Source: Camelus dromedarius (Eukaryota). From it: a DNA stretch of 64,000 nucleotides. The position numbers were made by a program, and so were the translations under genes. The notes beneath the pieces were generated by a model. It was not told the origin of the DNA, made no database searches, and saw only the letters and a list, made by a program, of their open reading frames with translations. Position 1 is the first letter of the stretch. The number at the start of each line of letters is the position of its first letter. The stretch covers positions 24,306,001 through 24,370,000 of the forward strand of contig NC_087437.1 of the NCBI RefSeq assembly GCF_036321535.1, read 5' to 3'. Below, one piece after another: positions 39,484-53,310 of this stretch.

Positions 39484-40574
39484 CTGATTTGATACTATCA
39501 GCCATCAGGAAGTCTTCAGTCTACCACATACAACCCTCCCTACTTTCCTGTCGTTGTGTGGCTGAAGTTTGCCTCTTGCGAGAAACAAATACAACCCGCT
39601 TCTCCACATGGTTTTTTTCCAATCCAGATTAAGAGAGATCCCCTACACCTATCCCAGCTATATGACCTAATACCTGTTTGGGGAGGAACCACTTCTTCAT
39701 AATCCTGTAATCTATTGGTTACTTTACATCTTCTCAACTTCAGTTTACTGGAGCTGACCTCAGGGCATCATCCGTCCAGATTCCTAAATGACTCCTTTTC
39801 TCCACAAACTTCCACCCCTCTAACTGGTGAACCTTGGGCCAGACGGTGTGATTTCAAGTATTTTAAAATTTAGGTAAAATGTCAGTTAGTGTAAATTAAT
39901 CCTAATGCTAATTTCTGTGCTGCAAGAAGTTTCTTTTGTAAATTCAGTCACCTTTTTGGTGACTCTAGGTGTATTATTTGTTTTTAAATAAAGTGTACAA
40001 CTATAAAAAAAACCTATAAATTTGGTGATTCTAATAGTGGAATATATAGAAAAATATGCTTTCAACTTTTTCAATACATACCCTTTTCCGTAAGTTATAT
40101 GTTAAATCTTTGAATTTTAATTTTACTCCCATATGTGATAATTTCACAAAGTGGAGAGATCCCAAAAGCATTTCCTCCAACATTCCTGTGGTTCTGTAGG
40201 TTGCTTTTATAAAGAAGGGGAACTATTCCCATGTAATGCTCAGAGAATTATATTTCTCAAATATAACTTTAATATTAGCTTGGGAAAAAATAAAATCATG
40301 ATTGCATTTGTAAAAGAAAAATGTTGATTTCTTAAAGGCAGTTCTGATTATATGTGTATTTACAAAATTTCACTGGATTGAATAAAAATTCTCTTCAAAA
40401 AAATCAATAATCAAAATCCAACGGGAGGTGTAATAATATGAGATAGTACACATTTCAGAGCATAGGAAGTGTGCAGTCCAGGCAGGGGGAAGGAATTGGG
40501 AAGAGGGGACTATATTCAGAGAAGATGTCTTAAAGATAAACTGGTGAAGAACAGAAAGAGAACAACCTGGGTGG

Positions 40575-40735
40575 GGAGTAGTGACACTGCTGGTTGTAAA
40601 TCCAACATTCTTCCCATTTTTATTCCTTCTTAACAGAACTCTAGTTTTGCTGAAACATCCACCCCATCCATAAACAGTCATATGCTTCAGAAGAAGCAAA
40701 CCCTAACCCCAGATGCACAAGTGGTTCTCATTGTT
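40575..40735 (+). mobile_element. MLT1-type LTR fragment
   Basis: gacactgctggttg...ccaacattcttccc...ttccttcttaacagaactctagttttg...gaagcaaaccctaaccccag. Confidence 0.5.
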
Positions 40736-40740
40736 GTAAA

Positions 40741-41050
40741 GTAGAGTTTCTCAACCATGGCTGATATCAAACTGTTGATATTTGCTCTTTGATAATTCTT
40801 TTTTTTTTTTAATTAAAGTAGAGTTGATTTATAATACTGTGTTAGTTTCAGGTGTAAAGTGATTCAGGGATCTATTTTTTTAAGGTTATTTTTCATGACA
40901 GGCTATTACAAGATTTTTGAATATAGTTCCCTGTGCTGTACAGTAAATTCTTGCTGCTTATCTATTTTATGTATAGTAATCCTGGATAATTCTTTGGTTC
41001 CCCTCACTTGTGACAACTAAGACTATCTGCAGACATCGCTAAATACCAGC
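40741..41050. mobile_element. MER20-like DNA transposon split by an L1 tail
   Basis: agagtttctcaaccatggc...actgttgatatttg...gataattcttt / cttgtgacaactaagactatctgcagacatcgctaaat. Confidence 0.6.
40802..40984 (-). mobile_element. L1 3' tail with 11-bp TSD
   Basis: T run then aattaaagtagagttgatttataatactgtgttagtttcaggtgta...gaatatagttccctgtgctgtacagta. TSD gataattcttt at 40791-40801 and 40985-40995. Confidence 0.85.
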
Positions 41051-44000
41051 ACAACAGCCTCATCACACAATAAACATGCCATCAAGACTTTCACAGAGCT
41101 AGAGTGACACACATGTGGACCTCTCATGAATAGTGACTGAATGTAGTGAATGAGCTCTCAGAAAGAGAGCAGGGTTTGTACACAAGGTTTTGTTCCAGAT
41201 GCTGGAGCATCCTGAGGTCCACCCACTATTTAGAGATACCCCACCTACAGTCTATTTCCCTAGTTAGTTACAGAGTCATATACAACAGCTCTAAGTGGTT
41301 CACATCAGAACTTCTTGTCATTAAGTCAAATTAGGACTACATGGAAGTTTCTACTTTTAGGGTTTGATTATGCAATTTTTGATAGTAAATTGTTAAAGGT
41401 TAAATCAACCACACTAGATTAGGCTGTTTGAAATATGCCGATTTATAATTCTCTATTGTTTAGCCTACCTATCTCAATAATGTTTTACATGGTGTATTTG
41501 TTCAGGCACTTTTCCCTGCTGAAATTTGCTATCTTAGTTTCTCTCTCTTATAACACTGATCATACTGAAATTCTGTTTAAAAAAAAAAATCTTCGTGGTT
41601 TGGGAACCAATATCACTGTAGCCAAATATATATATATATGGAAATGTTAAATCCATAACCTTTTTTTCTGTTTTTAATAAAAAATGAAACAATTTACCAT
41701 GTTAAAGGGGAAGTACTACAAGATCTATGACCAATATCTCTTTGATATTTAAGTACTTTTTGTTTTTAAAATAGTATCTACTCTCTGCAGCCCTTTCCTA
41801 ATGGCCAAATTGACTTGTAAGTTTGAAAAAAATAATTTTAATTGAACTGTTGCATTAACTGGTTATTTATTCACTTTTGTTGTCTGCTGAGAGTGGTAAC
41901 TGATATGTTTGTAACCAGACCCCATGGGAATGGCTGGAAAGAATGTTCATAAGCTCTGGAGGTGGTTATATCAGAGAAGGACACTCGCATCAGAAGCAGT
42001 TATGAGGAATGTATGATGTTCACATACATGTGCATGTTTATAAGGATTTTAATCTTTCATCAATGAGCAGGTGATGGGTATGAGTAATGTTTCTAAATCC
42101 TTATGTATCACAATGGAAAAAATAATCATCATTTTGTCATAGTGTCCCAGAAAGCAAAGGACTTCTTACATCATCTGTTAGATCCCTTAGCAAAATTAGG
42201 ATTAGTTCCAAGAGACTGTTTTCCAGGCTTGTTCAGAGTTGAGGTTTCTTTGGCAGTGGACATTTCTTTGGACATTTCTCCATTTTCCATAATTCTCAGA
42301 CCTTGGTTAAGTAGCATTTCTAAAAATCATGTTACCTTCTCATTTGATCACTTTTATTTTATTAGTTCTAGGTATTCACAAGTTAACCCCATATCCTTTA
42401 CCTCCTTTTTTAAGAACTAAAATTATATTTTTAATTAGGAGCTCTTAAACACAATAGTTAATGTAAATAGTTCAAACTATTTATAAAAATTCCATACGTA
42501 GTTATAAAATGTTTCTGTATCTCCACTTTAAATCTTACCAGCCAAACAATGGCACAGTTTTTTATCATTTTTCATGAACAAATAATCATTTTGATGTCAA
42601 AACACTAAAATGTTTAACTTGAAATTAAGAGCCCACTTATCCTTCGCCCAAAATGTTTACATCTCTGAGAAGCAATTCTATTCCTGGTAATTTATCCTAA
42701 GGAGTTAATACAAATGAGGAGGAGGGAAGGAAGAGAGATATAAAAGAGATTTCCTTATGGGGAAATTGGAAACAACCTAAATTGCCTAACCATGTGGCAA
42801 TAGTTAATTAAGCTACTTATACCTGTAAGGAAGGAAAAAAGGGGTTGAAGGTTGAATTATGGCATACCATCACATGGGAAACTAACCCCAGTTTCATAAA
42901 CGGGGGGAAAGATGTCCCTTAGAAGTGCACTATGGCAGTAGGAATCCCATAAATATGTGTTAGATGAACCACATGCTATAAATGTCCTCAGAAACTCAGA
43001 ACTTCTGTGTTGCTTTGTTTTCTTTGGTCGGTTACAACAAAGCCAAAACAGACAGTGTGCCCTGTGTCCCCAAAGACCACCGCAATTATTCAAGTTTATA
43101 GGTGAGAAGAAAGTCAGAGATAAACCAGTCCACACCCTTATTCAATAAATGTGAAAAATGAGGTTCACGGAGGTGAGGGGACTTGTTCAAAGATCCAAGG
43201 CTGTAACATCATGTGGCAATCATAAAACGTCTAAGACCAAACCTTGTTTATAACAATTAATCTATTGGCTCCAGAGTTTGAAATAACCCATATCAAAATG
43301 ACATTTTATATTAGGTATTCATGACTAAAACAAATCTATAATGCTCTATTAAACAATAGTGCTATGAATTTTAAATCAATGATTTAGCTTTCATTCTATT
43401 TAACAATCACTTGCATATCACACTTCATAATTTTTTATGAAGGCCCTTCGTAATTTTTTTTTTATAAATATGGGACATGATAGGGTGATACTGCTATTAT
43501 TCTAGTAATGACCATAGTGAGGGGTCATTTTTTTTTAAGAATATATTTTCTCAGTATTCTTTCCCTTAAAGATTTGTTAAACTTAGCATCACCGCACGTT
43601 TCTATTCCATCTATGTTTTGAGAATCAGCCTGTAAAATGACTGTTTGGGTTGTTGTCATATAACTGTAGTCTAATAGGTTTATCTTAGTGCTTTTCTCTG
43701 CTGACAGAACTGACCACAGCAATAAATTAAGCAGATGTGTTCAGTAAGCTGTCTGCAGTGATGTAAGTACCCTCGCCATGGGAAGTTTCAAGCACAGCTG
43801 TGGGAAACCCAAGTTTCACCTAAACAAGTTTCATGAGTCTAAAACCACAGATTCCATTGAGATGAGACTTCAGCCTTTGGATTTCATTTCGTATATCGTG
43901 TTCACATGGTTTTAAAGAAACAGCAAATTCTGGGGAACTCACTACTGTAGCAAGCCGTTTAGCATTTACTTTGTTCCATCGGTGGTTGATTCTACCCAAG

Positions 44001-44859
44001 AGGAAGAATTTACCTGTAGGGCCATCTCCAAAATAATATGGATCTGTGAGCAAGTCATTCCATGCTACCATATTATTTTCATGCAGGTGAAAAGTGTTTG
44101 AGATGAATCTCAAGAGCTGTGTGAGAGGGAACATCCCAAATATAGAGTGGCTGGGAGACTAGGTCACTGGGATGATGGCGGAAGTAAAGAGAGGGCTATT
44201 AAGGGGAGACGCTTGGCTTCCACACTCTTCCCTCTCTCCCTTACACCCTGAGATAAAGCATATCTTGAGGTGTGTGCACCCCAGTACTAAAGCATACAGC
44301 TCTGGATGGATGGTCAGCCCATATGTCATACCCTAGAGTTAGTTCTTTTGCCCAATAAATAGAATTCAGACTCGCCAGCTGCCTTAGCAACACTCCCTAC
44401 AAACCTTCCAAAAAGTACTTCTTCACAGCCAAGATCTTTGGACTTGTGCTTTTCTTTCCTTCTCCCCTCCCATTCCCACTCCTCCCTCACCTGTCTCCCT
44501 CCCCTCCCTCTCTTCTTGCCTCCCCTCCCACTCAAGTGCTTGCCCATGTGCTCTCTCTTTCAAGTTTATTATGCACATTGACTCTAATGAGAAATATGCA
44601 ACTTCTCTAAAAGAAAGAGATGGCAGATTAAATTGGGCTGACAGTCACAAGGGCCTCTTTGATAATCTGGAAAAGCCAGGATGCCTGAACTAAACATACT
44701 CCCACATTCATCACGTTTGTCCTGTCCTGTTCCACACTCAAATCTCTTTCTCTTTTACAATGCGATTTTCTATAAAGATAGCCTACTGATAAATGTTTTT
44801 TTCCACTACACTATTTAATTATCCACTAGTTAATGTGTTTTCATATTTAAACTATGATA

Positions 44860-45435
44860 ATCTGCATTTTTTATGAGAGGAGGTAGGGATCTATTTTTTG
44901 TCCTATATAATTAGCCAGCTCTCACAAAACCATATTTGTCTGAGTGATGCACCTTTTCTATACTAATTTGAAACGCTATCTGTAACGTGGTATCACACAC
45001 ACTTACACATATCTGTTTTAGGAGTCTCCCTCCTGTCCCACTTTCATCTACTGTACCAGAATCATATTGTTTTAATATCATTATATTACTTATTAATATC
45101 TGGTAATACTAGAACCCATCTCTATTTTCATAAGCACAATTGGTTCTTTCATATCTTTATTCTCTCATATAAACTTTTTAATCATTTTGTCAAATTGCAA
45201 AAATAATCCCATTGCAAATTTTCTTAAAATGCTTTAAATCTGTATATTAATTTAGTCAGGACTAGAATCTTAATTTTACTGAAGCTTCTCAACTAGGAAT
45301 TTCTTCATCTTTTATAGACTGTAAAAGCTTTTTTTGTTAGAGAGAGATTATTTCCAGATGCTTTTACTAATGCAGGTGGATTTTTTTTCATCACTGTATT
45401 TTATAATTGGTTGTTGACGACCTATAAGAAACCTA
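44860..45435 (-). mobile_element. Ancient L1ME-like fragment
   Basis: aggtagggatctattttt..., ctgtaccagaatcatattgttttaat, cttttagaatc-like aacttttaatcattttgtcaaatt. Confidence 0.6.
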
Positions 45436-45983
45436 TATAGAGAGTCTACTGTGGACTAAGGATTACATTAGGCACTGGAGATGGAAGATGGAAAAGGAGG
45501 AAGGAGACAGAGGCAAAGGGGAGGAGGAGGGGGAAGTGCTCATTTAAGTTGCTTGCAATTTAGATGGGAGAAGCTGTCAAGTAAATCAATGGTAACATCA
45601 CAGTGTGACAAAGTATGAGACAGAGGGCATGATGGTGAGCGCCATCTGCCATAGCCATCTAGCCACCATCTCTGCTACCCACCCAGGTTTTTATTCCCTG
45701 AAATAGTTCATCTAAATCATCCCTATGATAGCATGGACTTATTCTGGCTGGTAGATAAATACCATTTTTCTTGCCATAGAGAGGCTAATTTCTTGCCCAA
45801 TATTACTTCTTTGAATTACTGTGAATCTCCTATGTGCCGAACATTTCCGTAGGAAACAGTAGAGAATAAAATAGATACAATCCATTCACACAATTCAAGT
45901 ATTCACATAGTTCACAGGTCAGATGTAAAATACTTTCTTTGAAGACAACATTGCCTGGCCTGGGCATATGCACATGAGTGATT

Positions 45984-45988
45984 ACACA

Positions 45989-46034
<46 letters not shown>
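45984..46034. repeat. (CA)n microsatellite
   Basis: Long ca run with one aa interruption. Confidence 0.95.
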
Positions 46035-46035
<1 letters not shown>

Positions 46036-46116
46036 CTATAAAGAAATAAAATATCACAGATGAGAAACAAAACCATCTCCTATTCAAGACCCGTAACTAC
46101 CTATTAATTATACTGG

Positions 46117-46543
46117 CGTGACAGGGTGACTGATACCCTCCCCCAAAGACGTCCACATCCTATTCCCCAGAACCTGTAACTATGTCACTTTAAATGGCAA
46201 AAAGAATTTTGCGATGTGATTAAATTATGGATTTGGGGATCAGGAGAGTGCCTTGGATTACCTGCGTGGACCCAGTGTAACCACTCAGGAGGGTCATATC
46301 CAGGGAGAAGGCAATGTGATGACAGAGGCAGAGGCCTGCGTGATGCACAGAAGGGATCCTGAGTCCAGGAATGCAAATGGCATCTAGAAGCTTTAAAAAG
46401 CAAGGAAATGGATTCTCCCCCAGAGCCTCTGGAAGGAATGCAGTCCAACCCATTTCAGACTTTATACCTCCCCAACTGTGAGAAAATAAATTTAAATTTT
46501 TAAGGCACTAAATTTGTTATAGCAGCAATAGGAAATTAACACA
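46117..46543 (+). mobile_element. MLT1D-like MaLR solo LTR
   Basis: cccccaaagacgtccacatcctattccccagaacctgtaactatgtcac...aagcaaggaaatggattctcccccagagcctctggaaggaa...tttgttatagcagcaataggaaattaacaca. Confidence 0.88.
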
Positions 46544-47299
46544 GTTGATAAATCCAAACTCTTCTATAAGAGTCACAGCCATCATTCAAACGACCCAATG
46601 CAACCCTTTAGCCTCCTTATCTGCCATGGCAGCCTAGCTTGGATCATTTAAAACAGCAATAAAATTATCACCGTATTCTTGCCTTCTGCATCTTTTCTTA
46701 ACCTATCCCCAATTCTGGCCACGAGCCATCTCCATCTCTATGCAATTCATGTCCAAGGAGGCCTGCTTAAAACTGAATCTCTAAATTCATTTTATTCCAT
46801 TAATTCAAATCTTCCCCATTACAGTGGTATCCAAGCCATACTTTAGCTTTTTAAACCCAATACAGTGCTTTGTAATTGTTCTTTAGTCATCTGAACTATC
46901 CAGTATGCTGCTCTACAAGATTATAACCTTCAAAGAAAAAGGGGTATATGTGCTTTGACTTTTAATTATCCTGGTGGGGCCTCCCAACTTTCTGACACTA
47001 TTGCATCCACAGAAAATAATAGAATTTGCACAGTGAATGTGGTTGCTTGGGGCCAGGTTTCAGGCTGCCCTAGGCCCTGCCTGAAGGCCAGGTCAAAGCA
47101 TGAAAGTAACTCAAAATATGGAAATCGGGAAACTCTTGTAGGTATTTGGCACCATGCTGTTCATTTAATTGGGGTTGGGTGCATGTTTGCAAACTCTTCT
47201 TGGAAACCAGGGATCATAAAGCTACTGGAATTTCTAAAATCAGATCTATGTATGTGGTTATCAGAAAAAAAAATTAAAAGTACTTTATACTTTCATAGA

Positions 47300-47530
47300 A
47301 CTGTGATTTTATAAAGTGTTTTGACACACTACTTCCTGCGGCCATCACAAGAACCTGTGAGATAAGAAAATGGGCATCATTTGTGCAATAGCATTTATAA
47401 TTATAAAATATTATAAATGAAGAAGCTAAGACTTGGAGGGGCAAATGAGTTCTCAAAGGTGTCATATGGCAAGACCAGGACAGAAAGCTAGCAGTTCTAA
47501 CTCCACATTCAGTGCGCTTTCTTCTCCTCC
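47300..47530 (-). mobile_element. MIR SINE, degraded
   Basis: catcacaagaacctgtgagataag...ataaatgaagaagctaagacttggagggg...aaggtgtcatatggcaag. Confidence 0.55.
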
Positions 47531-47712
47531 ATGATGGATTAAGCCCCTTCCCCCCACCCCCACCCCATCCCTGCAAAGCTAATAATGACGTTTCTACAAC
47601 CCAGGGCAAAATGTCAGTGAGCTCATTCTCTAAGTTTCCAGCGGAAAGGTAAAATCTTATATTCTAAGACTTGGGCTTTCTTAAGACTTATTTTGTATTC
47701 TAATCCAAAACA

Positions 47713-47713
47713 A

Positions 47714-47740
<27 letters not shown>
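47713..47740. repeat. (CA)n microsatellite
   Basis: acacac run. Confidence 0.9.
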
Positions 47741-47744
<4 letters not shown>

Positions 47745-48589
47745 TTAAATAGTACCAGATATTAACAAAATGCCATGTTTTATCATATTCATCACTTAGG
47801 CGGAGGACCCAAGGGGCCTCACACTACTAACCATAAAAAGTTTCAAGTTTTACAGTTAACTTGCTAAGGCAGCAAACTGCAGCCCCAGTGGGGAAGTGCC
47901 ACAAGGTATTTGAAGATAAGAGAATGTCTCAAATAGAGAAACCAGATGCATTATGAAAAACGTGGAGAGGTCTGCCTGGCTGGAGGCTACAGAAGACGTA
48001 TACTTCTCTGCCCTTGAGGACTATGAACAGCTAAATTCTTTTATTCTAATATCACCTACTGAAGTCAGCAGCTTCCTCCAGGAGGAATCAGTAAGACAGC
48101 TGCATACATGGAAGAGATGGCAACAAGCTGTCCATTACTCCTCTCTTCAGACATAAAGTGAAGAACAATGTAATTTATTCACATTAGGGGTGGGGGCGAG
48201 GAGATGGTAACCTGCCATAAGCAACACACAAGCCTACTTAAAATAGTAGCATTATCATTCTGGGTACCCCCTGGGATTCAGCAAAAAGAAAACAATTCAC
48301 CTCGCAACGTGTTAATTCTCTGTCACTTAATGATTGTTAATTTAATAAGAAAATTCTTTCAAAGGAGTAATTCTTTGGGAAGCAAGTGTGTGGGAGGGAA
48401 GTTAGCTATGTTCCGAATACTAGAAAGTTTGATTTTCGGTATCTTTCCTTTGCTCATTCCAATGAGCCTTGTTGAAGCAGTATTCTGTGTCCCCTCTGTG
48501 GCATGCTAGTTTTTGTGAGTGGTTACTTCTAACATGGAAAAAGGCTTGATGGAACATAAGAAGGACATGGAGAAGCCATTTACAATTAG

Positions 48590-48765
48590 CTCTGGAGGTG
48601 GACTCTTATTAGCCGTGTGACATCAAGCAACTTATTTAGCACCTCTTAAATGTCAGATTCTCATCTGTAGAATGGGGTGATTAAAAAAAAAAAAACAAAA
48701 CACATACCCAGGCATTGCTGTTTCTAAGATGATGATACATTTCAGGTGCTCAGCACAGTACCTAG
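48590..48765 (+). mobile_element. MIR SINE
   Basis: cttattagccgtgtgacatcaagcaacttatttagcacctct...cagattctcatctgtagaatggggtgat. Confidence 0.7.
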
Positions 48766-49209
48766 TGTCCCGCCACCTTCCTCAGTCAGGGTTTCTCTCC
48801 TCAGTTTCAGAAAACACTTCCATCTCTCCACATGTCCCAAACTATTATAAAACCTTGGAACTACCGATGAAGAAACTTTGTTGCAGGCCCAGAGATTCAG
48901 TTGCATTAAAAATTATTGCTAAGTGAGCAGTAGCTTATTGGCATTTTACATTTTGAAACTAATAACAATTAACTAAAAGTCAGGAATCAAAATAAGAACC
49001 TAGGATTTCATTTCTTAACAAAGAGCAAAACTTCTTTTGTGTTTTCGCTTATTCAATGTTAAAACAGAATAAAATGTTGTCATACGGTAATAATGCCTAC
49101 AACTGCAAAGAGATATCTAGATATTCACATACAGGATGCATTTTTTATTCCCTGCTTTTAATGTTGAACCATTAATCCTTAGCGTAAGACATCAGAATTC
49201 AAAAATAAC

Positions 49210-49625
49210 AAAAATAATAGCTGTTATTTATAAAGAACTTTTTATGTGCTAGGCAGTGTATCTTATTTAATCCTCACAAAGCTCCTATTAAAATGTTAAC
49301 TACCATTATTACTATTACTTTTTTGTTTTTACAAATGAAATGAGCAGATCAGTGAATCATCACACATCTCGTGTACCTATGACCCAGACCATCATTAGAA
49401 CACTGCTTGTACCCTAGAAGCCACTTTTGGGTCCCTTTCAATAACTACCCTCTTACTCCTCCCCAGAGTTAACTTTCCTGACACTATATGTCTATAATTT
49501 AGTTTTTCTATTATTTTCTTCAATAGACAGAAAGAGATTACTTAATTCACTGGGTGCCACACACTTAGGAAGTAGTCTACTCCAAATTTGAACCCTGGTC
49601 TAACAACAAAGCACCGATCTGTTAA
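49210..49625 (-). mobile_element. MIR SINE split by an old L1-like fragment (~49340-49515)
   Basis: ttttatgtgctaggcagtgt...atttaatcctcacaa...ttttacaaatga / agagattacttaattcac...aatttgaaccctggtct. Confidence 0.55.
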
Positions 49626-49789
49626 ACTCTACTGCAGCCCTTGTCTATTATCCCAAACACAAGTACACATTTCAAGCTGAAGTTTATCATTCAGAAGTCA
49701 TGAAGCACAATAGGGGGAAAAAATAAAAAATCAAACTCAACTTTCTATCCTAGCCCCTTCTACAACCTTTTTATTAAGATCCCTGTGGC

Positions 49790-49970
49790 ATCAGAAACCC
49801 ACATCTGCCTCATGATATCGCTGTGACCCTGAGCAAGTCATTCCAGCTCCTTGGGCCTCAGTTTTCTCATGAATCAAATGAGAATGGTTATTCCTTTTTG
49901 TAGAATTGAGGTGCAGACTCGAGGTGAGCCTGGCAGACTGCAGGTGTTCAATGACCAGAAGCTGTTATAG
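49790..49970 (+). mobile_element. MIR SINE
   Basis: gctgtgaccctgagcaagtcattccagctccttgggcctcagttttctcat. Confidence 0.75.
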
Positions 49971-52900
49971 TTAGCCTTGCCGCCACGGCTCAAAGAACTT
50001 TTGCAGGTTCTGCTTATTTCATATCTATACCTAATTCTGGCAAATGCTCCAATGTTTGGTGTAATATCATCATATCACAGAACTTTTAAATTTTTATAAG
50101 GAGACAAAATTTTATGAATGTGTCTTTTTAGAGTATGTACTTCATGCTATCTAGTTATAGTAATGCTTATAAGTCTTATTTCAGGTTATAAGCAAGGAGA
50201 ACTTCTGACAGCATTTTGCGAATACAGTGTAATTCTTCTGGGGCAACCGGAAAAGGCTCAGAAAGCAAGACACGCAGAGAGGGGGAAAAAGTTACTTTCC
50301 ACCCAGTTGGTAGATGCCTCCACTCTGCGTCCTGCTGCCATGAAGAACAAAAGCTAATTGCTAGAACGTTATTAAAGGAGAACAACTCCAACAAGATATA
50401 AGGCGACAGTCTTGAGCGGGGAAGGGAAGATGAAGGAGATGGCAAAAATGAGGAGCAAAAGAGAGATTAATTTTTTTTTTTTAAATCTGCTTATAATGCA
50501 TAGCTGGCACCAGATGGTATAAGCATATTTTTGAGATGTGGAAAACTCTTTCCTCAAGGTTTTAACCTTGGAAGTGGATCTCCTGTGAGGGCCACCCGCG
50601 ATGTTTTGAGACTCAGGCCACCTTCATCAGCTATTCTCTAAACAGATAGGGCTACGACAGTAAGAAGAGATGGTATTTTTGCACCAGAGTCCAGATTTAT
50701 TCTGTTAACACCATTGAAAGAGATGCCATAAACCTCCAAAGAAACACGTTTGAATTTTCCCATTCGTCATCTCCATTCATACCTCCGTTAATAGTAAATA
50801 CAAAGCCAGTCTGTAAAGATGGTGTAGCTATCTGTGTATGAATGTGCATGCTTAAATATTTACTAATTCCAAAGCAAATAAACACTTTGGAAAAATATCT
50901 ATCACCCTAACAGAATCACAGAAGAATTTTAACTACTGCTGGAAATAGAGTTTTCAAAATAATCATCCAAATAAATTCCTTAAAACCTATGGCTAACCAA
51001 CCAGAAGATCTGTTTTCCAAAGTTTAGTAAATGAACACGTGGTCTTTGTCCCACCACAAGAATGCCTGGCGTGTGTGAGAGTTATTTATATTAAAATCTT
51101 TGAACGATCTCTTGTTTATTTTTGTAAATTTATTTTCTTGAATTGTGTCCAATAGGAGTTTCCTCTGGCTGCCATTAGAGGGCATAAAAGAATAATTGTG
51201 GAGATCAAAATCACATAGCCCCCGAATTAACCCTGAAGGAAAGAGCTACCATTTAATATAGGTTTCAAAGGAAGAATATAGAAAAGGGGAACAGTAAGAA
51301 TAATATATACATAAGGAGCTTTGACGAGAGCAGCAATCTATAAAAACATTAGGGCATGGGTTGTTGTTTTACGTGTAGAAGACAAAAGCAAATGACTCAA
51401 GTTTTAAGGAGTTTAGTTCTAATCAGCTCAAAAGTAGTTCCCATCCATCAGCAGCCACTAGTGAAAACATAGCTGTCACATGATGAAAAACTAAGAGAAA
51501 GAGTCAGCTGATCAGCAAGGGGAAGAGAAGCACACAGAGAATGCGAGAGGTAAAACCTCATCTCCAATTTTGACTCCTGACACGTGAAAAAGTAGGAAAA
51601 AAAAAAAAAATCAAGGATGTATCACCCTTTGAAAACTGTAGGATCGATTTCATGGCTTCAAAGTCTCCCCCCACCTACCCACCCTCTCCCTACTTTACCT
51701 GCACCACCTCCTTCTTACCTGAAGGCAATGACAACAAAACTCAGTCAAAAGAAAAGTGGATCTCAAACCCAGAGACAGAAACCAGATCTTCCTATTCTTT
51801 GTACCTCTTGATGTTTTAAAGGTTTTAAAAATGTATACTCCATTCATAAACACCATGCTTAAAACTTGCAAAATAAATGGATTCGTATCCAATAAGGACC
51901 GTAACCCCTCCCCCAATAAATGTTAATGAAGTTGATACCAACCTATTCAGTGCGTTTTTAATTCAAGGAGGAAAAAAAAATAGCCTGTATTTCAGATTAA
52001 TATAAACCCCTCATTTATATTGGATGTCTTCTTCGTAGCAATCATTCTCACCTTCACTGAATTCCAGGATAAATTTATGATATCAATCCCTTTCTTTAAT
52101 TTACAAAACAGTAAAATCCCAAGATTGCCTTCAAACAGAAGGAACACAGCCTCAATATGTTTCTATCACACTATGAAGACTGTTAAGGCTCCCGGTAGGG
52201 CACTTTGACTTAAATCCTATAAATTTCCTGCTTAAATTTTCAAACAGGGGAAACCAGGGATACATACGATCACATAAACCCACCTTTTGGTGATGGTTCT
52301 GCGCTAAACTGCATTGCTAAAGGGTATAAAAAGGGCCATAAAGGAATTGGAATTATCCTGTACAGGATCTCAGACTCCACAATCTATTTGTAAACACAGA
52401 CCTCTGGAAAGTGCACAGAGACAGATGGGGAAAATATTTTTAACTCTCTGGGATGGAGGGAGGCACTGAGCAAGCCATACCCCGTAAGACCCATTCTGAA
52501 TGACCAACAAATCTGACAGTTACAATGAAGGAGGTAGCAAACGGTGTTTCTACATACGTTAGACATACATCTCATTATTGAGTTTAATTGTTTCATTTTC
52601 ACTTCCTACAACATTTGGTATGTAGGCAAAACCCATAAAAGCTAAAAAAAAAATAAATAAAAAACTAAATTTTGCAATTTATCCTTTGCCTTAAATTCCA
52701 TCACAAAAGATTTAAAGTATATCTTTGTTGGTATTTCCTGTCTTTAAGAAGTACAGAGAACAGGAATATGTAGCTAAGAGAAGTTGGGGGTTTCTCTTAT
52801 CTGGATTGAAAAAAAAACAACCGTGGGTTTCTTCCTGGTTATTCAAGTGCCATCTCACCTTCCAGCCTCAAACACCTGTGCTCTTTTGTCTCATAGATAT

Positions 52901-53109
52901 TGGCATCAAGTAGTACAATTGCATTTTTATTAGTATGTCTCCTCCTCCAGACTCTAAGTTCTTTCATGGTAGAAACTGCATTCTAAAAACAGCAACTGGT
53001 ACAGGAAAAATCCTTGATACATATTTGGTGTATTAATGTGATTGAGGAAAGACTTAACACCAAAGAAACACAACTTCGGGTCTGTAATTTATAACTATAC
53101 TTAATTGTT

Positions 53110-53310
53110 CTTTCTGACAAAATTTACTGAGCATCCGTTATGTGCCAGAGACCACCATAGGCACTGGAACACAGCAGTAAATAAGAAAACGAAAACGGTC
53201 CTTTGCCTGTATGCAGCCTACTTTCTTTGGGGGTAGCCAATAAGAAAAAAGCATCTGCAAATAAACAAGAAAATGAAAAGAGAATGAGCACCAGAAATAT
53301 AAAAGGAGTC
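53110..53310 (-). mobile_element. L2 3' end
   Basis: aatttactgagcatccgttatgtgccagagaccaccataggcactggaacacagcagtaaataaga. Confidence 0.7.

Noticed and set aside
39381..39632. 83-aa ORF containing [18 protein letters not shown]
   Set aside because: Only the post-frameshift part of the FRG1 fragment, reading into unrelated flank.
43820..44134. 104-aa minus-strand ORF; also 55999-56181 and 46955-47314
   Set aside because: No recognisable family or convincing splice structure; lengths compatible with chance.
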